Assembly (NCBI RefSeq): GCF_963921235.1
Contig: NC_086109.1
Span: forward strand, 9,798,001 to 9,862,000
Source: Mobula hypostoma
Taxonomy: Eukaryota
Length of the DNA: 64,000 nt
Direction: 5' to 3'
The translations under genes were made by a program, and so were the position numbers. Of this stretch, positions 62,188 through 64,000 are shown in pieces. Under the pieces are notes generated by a model. That model was not told the DNA's origin. It ran no database searches and saw nothing but the letters and a program-made list of their open reading frames with translations. Position 1 is the first letter of the stretch. Each line of letters opens with the position of its first letter.

Positions 62188-63807
62188 TTAATTAAATTAC
62201 TCGTTACAGAGAGCCAGCATCAAATTATACTGGCTCTCTGTAATTCAATGGTCTGGAGTAGCATCAAGTTGTACCAGTGTTTCTAACTGAATGATCTGGA
62301 GGAGCAATGAATTATACCTGCTCTCTTTATCTCCAATAGATTGGAGTGGAATTGAATTACACGAGCGCTCTGGTCTGGAATAGCGCTGGGTTATACCGGC
62401 TCACTCTAATTCAATAGTCTGGAGTAGTATTGAAAGATACCGGCTCTCTGTCACTGAATACTGTGAGCGGCATTCAATTACGCCTGCTCTCTATAACTCA
62501 ATCATCTGTAGTAGCCCTGAATTACACTGGCTCTCTGTAATTCAATAGAATATGCGGTATCATTGAATTAGACCAACTTTTTGCAACTCAATTATCTGGT
62601 GTAGTATTGAATTAAACTCAGTGGTCTGGAATGGCATTGAGTTATACCAGCTCTCTGTAATTCAATGATCCGGAATGGCATTGAGTTATACCAGCTCTCT
62701 GTAACTCAATGATCCGGAATGGCATTGAGTTATACCAGCTCTCTGTAACTCAATGATCCGGAATGGCATTGAGTTATACCAGCTGTCTGTAACTCAATGA
62801 CCTGAGTAGCACTGAATTTTATTAGCCTTCTGTGACTTAATGTTCCGGAATAGCATTGATCTAAAACGGTTCTCCCTAATTTAATGGTCTGAAGTGGTGT
62901 CAAATTAAAGTAACTTATTAGAATGGAGTAGCATTCAATTATACCAGCTTTCTGTAATTAAGTGGTCTGGATTGGCATTGAATTATAACAGCTCGCCATA
63001 GCTCATTGGTCTGGAGTAGCACTGAGTTATATCTGCAATTTGTAATTCAATAGTCTGCAGTAGCATTGAATTACAGGGGCTCTCGGCAACTGGACAGACT
63101 GGAGTGGCAATGAATTATAAAGGTTTTCATTAGTTCAGTGGTCTGGAGTAACATCAAGTTTACACCAGGTTGCTGTAACTCAATAGACTGGAGAAGGATT
63201 GAATTATGCCAGCGCTCTGTAACTCTAAGCTCCAGAGTAGTATTGATTTATACCGGCACTCTGTAATTCAGTTTTTTTTTAGGAGGTTTGAGTTATATCG
63301 GATCTCTGAAATTCTATGGTCCAGAGAAGCAATGAATTACAACGACTTTCTGTAACACAATGATCTGGAGCAGCATTGAAATATACAGGCTCTCTAACTC
63401 AATCGTCCAGAGTATCCTTGATTTATACTGCTCTCTGTAGCTTAATGGACAGGAGTAGCATTGAATTACACCTGCTCTCCGTAACTCAATGGTGCGGATT
63501 AGCATTGAATTATACCGGCTCTCTGCATAGAGTGGAGCTGCATTGAATTATAACGGCTCCTTGAAACTGAATGGTCCGACGTAGATTTGAATTATACCTG
63601 CGCTTTGTAACTCAATTGTCCGGAGTAACGTTGAACTATAGTGACTCTCAGTGTGTCAATAAACTGTAGCAGTATTGAATTACACAAGCTCTTGGTAACT
63701 CAATGATCCGGAGTGGTACTTAATTAAAGCCGACCTCTGAATTTCAATGACCCGGAGTGGCATTGAATTCTACCGCCTCTCTGTAACTCAATGATCCAAA
63801 GTATCAT

Positions 63808-64000
63808 CCAACAATAAACACTAGAAGTTCTGCAGATGCTGGAAATTCTATGCAAAACACAGAAAACGCTGGAGGAATTTAGCAAGTTGCAATTCGCCTA
63901 TCGCCACATAGGTCTGCAGCAGACGCGGTCCCAATGGCTCCTCACGCCGTCTTATATTACCCGGACAATACAAACGCCGATGCCAAGATGCTGTTCATTG
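63808..64000. mobile_element. Penelope pLTR start followed by a Rex1/Babar RT fragment (runs off the window)
   Basis: AACACTAGAAGTTCTGCAGATGCTGG, then + strand LQFAYRH...AL HAVL...DNTNADAKMLFI (frameshifted). Confidence 0.75.

Larger units (their letters stand above)
47071..63805 (+). repeat. Degenerate 44-bp satellite, consensus approx. CTCTCTGTAACTCAATGGTCTGGAGTAGCATTGAATTATACCAG, interrupted by TEs
   Basis: An exact 44-bp period is visible at 62641/62685/62729. Many diverged monomers fill the blocks 47.07-48.48, 50.44-52.86, 53.84-54.25, 54.85-55.71 and 58.05-63.8 kb. Confidence 0.96.

Noticed and set aside
47071..63805. CRISPR-like array (palindromic repeats with variable intervening bases)
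   Set aside because: The intervening bases are diverged versions of one consensus rather than unique spacers. No cas genes, and the context is vertebrate TEs.

Overview
Eukaryotic, repeat-dominated genomic DNA with no complete, recognisable host gene. The repeat mix (CR1 and Rex1/Babar LINEs, Penelope-like elements with hammerhead ribozymes, tRNA-headed SINEs, Chapaev3, Tc1 and hAT relics) fits a cartilaginous fish, probably a ray; this is an inference. Positions 1-39 kb are nested TE debris and include a ~3 kb tandem duplication (~26.95-33.36 kb) that carries a duplicated 296-nt exon-like segment. Positions 39.05-45.3 kb hold an old minus-strand LTR element with a tRNA-Leu PBS, a leader splice donor, gag and protease, but no detectable RT or integrase; a Penelope RT/GIY-YIG copy interrupts it. 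Positions 47.07-63.8 kb are a degenerate, internally palindromic 44-bp satellite with higher-order structure, in which a Penelope fragment recurs with shared junctions. Most TE boundaries were read by eye and are approximate (roughly +/-20 bp unless a TSD is given). No database searches were run.
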